Assembly: GCA_965112735.1 (NCBI GenBank)
Contig: OZ218951.1
Location: 3,968,001 to 4,032,000 of the forward strand
Direction: 5' to 3'
DNA length: 64,000 nucleotides
From: Phaeosaccion multiseriatum
Taxonomy: Eukaryota; Protista; Ochrophyta, other classes
In this document: positions 63,300-64,000 of the stretch, in pieces
How the letters are laid out: the number at the start of each line of letters is the position of its first letter
Position numbering within the stretch: position 1 is the stretch's first letter
The notes under the pieces: generated by a model
Seen by the model: the letters and a program-made list of their open reading frames with translations, nothing else
Databases searched by the model: none
What the model was told of the DNA's origin: nothing
Translations under genes and position numbers: made by a program

Positions 63300-64000
63300 G
63301 GACTCGTGAACAACGCCGTAGACCTCGCCGTGGTGCGCTTCTTTGTGGGCATTATGGGTGCCGTGTTTGTGGCCACCCAGTCGTGGTGCTCGCAGATGTT
63401 CGCCAAGGAGGTGGTCGGAACCGCCAACGCCATTTCGGGAGGCTGGGGCAACCTGGGAGGAGGTGTGACCCAGCTGTTCATGGTGGCCCTGTGGAATGGG
63501 TTCAAGACTAGTATGGGAGACGAGGCGGCGTGGAGAATCTCCTTTGTCGTGCCCGCCACCATGTGCATCTGTGTCGCCTTCCTCACCCTGTCCGTCGCCG
63601 ACGACTGCCCCAAGGGAAACTTTAAGGACCTGATTCGCGAGGGCAGCATGCAGCGCAAGTCGTCCAAGGCCTCCGCCAAGGTGGCGTGGTCGAACCTCAA
63701 CTCCTGGATCATGTTTGTGCAGTACGCGGCCTGCTTCGGCGTCGAGCTCACCATGAACAACACGGCATCCTCCTACTTCAAGGACGACTTTGGTCTCACC
63801 ACCTCCGAGGCTGGGGTCATTGCGTCGCTCTTTGGCCTCATGAACATCTTTGCGCGAGCGTGGGGAGGCATACTGTCCGACTTCTTCAACACCAAGTTCG
63901 GTGGCGGACAGACGGGCATGCGCGGACGGCTCATCGCTCAGATGCTCTGCCTTCTCGGAGAGGGCCTCATGCTCATCACCTTCGCGCAGCAGAGGAAGCT
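63300..64000 (+). CDS. NRT2: High-affinity nitrate transporter NRT2 (MFS), lacking its N-terminal part and running off the window end
   Basis: RFFVGIMGAVFVATQSWCSQMFAKEVVGTANAISGGWGNLGGGVTQ (nitrate signature), DDCPKGN, QYAACFGVELTMNN, FGLMNIFARAWGG, GMRGRL. Confidence 0.9.

Noticed and set aside
49425-64000. Nitrogen-assimilation gene cluster (GDH-like + NRT2)
   Set aside because: Separated by unrelated genes; the GDH looks inactive and the NRT2 truncated; no nitrate or nitrite reductase is visible in the window.

Overview
Eukaryotic, GC-rich, intron-dense genomic DNA, most likely from a photosynthetic stramenopile (inferred from the myosin, YkgJ-type and NRT2 sequences). Introns are GT-AG and packed with microsatellites, so most ORFs in the supplied track are spurious. 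Spliced by eye, the window holds, in order: the 3' end of a NEDD1-like gene (+), a 16-exon myosin (+), a cysteine synthase-like gene (-), proteasome ATPase RPT1 (+), a TTC38-like gene (+), FAD D-lactate dehydrogenase (-), tubulin cofactor A (+), an intronless 337-aa orphan ORF (+), a peroxisomal-type Lon protease (+), a GDH-fold gene (-), a YkgJ/CxxCxxCC gene (-), a decayed RLE-type non-LTR retrotransposon, an unknown membrane protein (+) and a 5'-truncated NRT2 (+, runs off the end). The most interesting observations are: (1) the intronless ORF has motifs resembling the MavL/Larg1/DUF4804-type macrodomain ADP-ribosylhydrolases and sits in an island bounded by palindromes and dispersed repeats; (2) the GDH homologue is intact but lacks all its substrate-binding and catalytic Lys/Asp residues, so it is a likely pseudoenzyme; (3) introns show a recurrent G-rich 5' / C-rich 3' polarity, with repeats seeded from splice signals; (4) there are long near-perfect hairpins and a small TIR element family. 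All family calls come from motif recognition, not database searches.
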